Shown: piece after piece, positions 62,531 to 64,000 of the stretch
How positions within the stretch are numbered: the first letter of the stretch is position 1
Layout: every line of letters begins with the position of its first letter
Assembly: GCA_965204375.1 (NCBI GenBank)
Contig: OZ241986.1
Location: 4,416,001-4,480,000, forward strand
DNA: 64,000 nt
Direction of reading: 5' to 3'
Source of the DNA: Candidatus Latescibacterota bacterium
GTDB taxonomy: Bacteria; Latescibacterota; UBA2968
Made by a program: the position numbers and the translations under genes
The notes under the pieces: model-generated
What the model saw: the letters and a program-made list of their open reading frames with translations, nothing else
The model's database searches: none
Told to the model about the DNA's origin: nothing

Positions 62531-64000
62531 ATGCTCCGCATATCTGCCATAACTTATATTCTCCTATCCTTCATCACCACTGCACACGCAGAAAATTATC
62601 ACTGGCCCATGGATGCCCCCCCGGCATTGACATCGACCTTTGGCGAATACCGGGGGGGGCGATTGCACGCGGCCATTGACCTGAAAACCTATGGCAAAGA
62701 AGGGTATCCCATAACAGCGATTGCCGATGGGTACGTCTGGCGGGTCCGCACATCGCCCTGGGGATACGGGCGAGTGGTATATGTACAACTCGACAACGGC
62801 AAGTTCGCACTCTGGGCGCACTTATCGGGATTTTCCAAACGCATCGAAAAATACGTCCAGCAAGAACAAGACCGCCGCGGAACATACAGCGTAAACCTGT
62901 ATTTTCGCCCCGATCAAATCCCCGTCAAACGCGGAGAAGTATTGGGCTATTCGGGCAGCACGGGCATTGGCGTACCGCATCTGCACTTCGAATTGCGCGA
63001 CGCAAAACACCGCCCCATCAATCCCCTGCTCCATGGATTTGATATCAAAGACACCATACCCCCAACCATACAGGCGATCGGCCTCGTACCCTTAAACGCA
63101 AATGCACGGGTCAAAGGCAGACACAAGCCAGTGTCACATCGCCTCGCCTATCGAAAAAAAGAAAAGATCTTCACACATCCCGATACCATATCAGTCTGGG
63201 GACCTATTGGTATTGGCCTGAAAGCGTTTGACCGCGCAAATGACTCGCAACTAACAAATCGATTGGCCCCTTATCGCATGCGACTCCTAATAAATGGCGA
63301 AGAGATATTTCAAAAAACCTGTGGCCTGTTTGGATACGACGTAACGCGCCACGGAGAACTCGCCTATGACTTTTACATGAGCCGTCGCGGCCTGGGGCGA
63401 TTTCACAGCATGTATCGCAAACCCGGCAATCGCCTGCCTTTCTACGGCAATTACAAAGTGGGAGCAGGCGTATTATTTGCGGGGACAAAAACCAACGGTG
63501 CGGGGCATGAACTCTCGCCAGGCGTACATCGCCTGCAGATTATTGCTGAAGACGTAAAGGGAAATCGCGCAAAAGCAGTCGTATTTCTTCGGGTGCAGAA
63601 CGCGGATAAAATATTCCCCTCAAAAAATTCACCACAGCACACCCCAAAAATAACCAGCAAAATATCGTATTTCCCCACCTTCGCAGTTATCGACATCGCA
63701 ACCACTCAGACCCTATCAGAAACACCAATCGTCCGAGCACAACTTTCCAAACAATGGACGCGAACCCTCGCAGTTCAACAGACAGGTTTGAAAACATATC
63801 AGACTATCATCCCATTTGATGAAAAGCACGCCGACGACATAGACCTGCAAATTGAAACAAACGGACAAACACAGAAACTGCAAATCACCCAGCAAACCGT
63901 CACACCAGATGGCGGAGAAATGCGCTCGGATGACGGATTGGTGCGGGTGCGATTTGAGAAAGAAGGCGTTTACGAAACCCTATTTGGACGCATAGAGTCC
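62531..64000 (+). CDS. M23 family metallopeptidase (runs off the window edge; missing from the ORF track)
   Basis: Manual translation: signal peptide, TFGEYRGGRLHAAIDL, WAHL and PHLHFE. Confidence 0.88.
   Translation, partial: MLRISAITYILLSFITTAHAENYHWPMDAPPALTSTFGEYRGGRLHAAIDLKTYGKEGYPITAIADGYVWRVRTSPWGYGRVVYVQLDNGKFALWAHLSGFSKRIEKYVQQEQDRRGTYSVNLYFRPDQIPVKRGEVLGYSGSTGIGVPHLHFELRDAKHRPINPLLHGFDIKDTIPPTIQAIGLVPLNANARVKGRHKPVSHRLAYRKKEKIFTHPDTISVWGPIGIGLKAFDRANDSQLTNRLAPYRMRLLINGEEIFQKTCGLFGYDVTRHGELAYDFYMSRRGLGRFHSMYRKPGNRLPFYGNYKVGAGVLFAGTKTNGAGHELSPGVHRLQIIAEDVKGNRAKAVVFLRVQNADKIFPSKNSPQHTPKITSKISYFPTFAVIDIATTQTLSETPIVRAQLSKQWTRTLAVQQTGLKTYQTIIPFDEKHADDIDLQIETNGQTQKLQITQQTVTPDGGEMRSDDGLVRVRFEKEGVYETLFGRIES

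Noticed and set aside
62277-62679. HFTLHTS-repeat ORFs
   Set aside because: Translation artefacts of the 7-bp tandem repeat.

Overview
Bacterial chromosomal window. Housekeeping flanks are a complete F1Fo ATP synthase operon (4.6-11.7 kb) and nadE / SurA-PpiD-like PPIase / M23 peptidase (58.5-64 kb). Between them lies a ~46 kb accessory region. Its main feature is a sigma54-driven candidate RiPP cluster (17.7-37.2 kb): a radical SAM/SPASM maturase; an 82-aa precursor whose core has 12 Cys, 15 Asp/Glu and tandem C-x-C-D heptads; an ABC exporter; three glycosyltransferase domains; a class I isoprenoid-synthase-like enzyme; an RRE-like/M50 peptidase; a sulfotransferase; and WecB/WecC-like sugar supply genes. 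A second copy of the same regulatory module (FixL-like PAS kinase, NtrC-like activator, -24/-12 promoter, conserved small ORF) has a different HTH, a different upstream palindrome and different cargo. Other structure: a family of ~120-bp terminator+promoter repeats that delimits shuffled TA/RM cassettes; an IS3 element whose two inverted repeats each carry a 128-bp MITE at the identical position; and long simple tandem repeats. Functional calls come from motif recognition by eye; no database searches were run.
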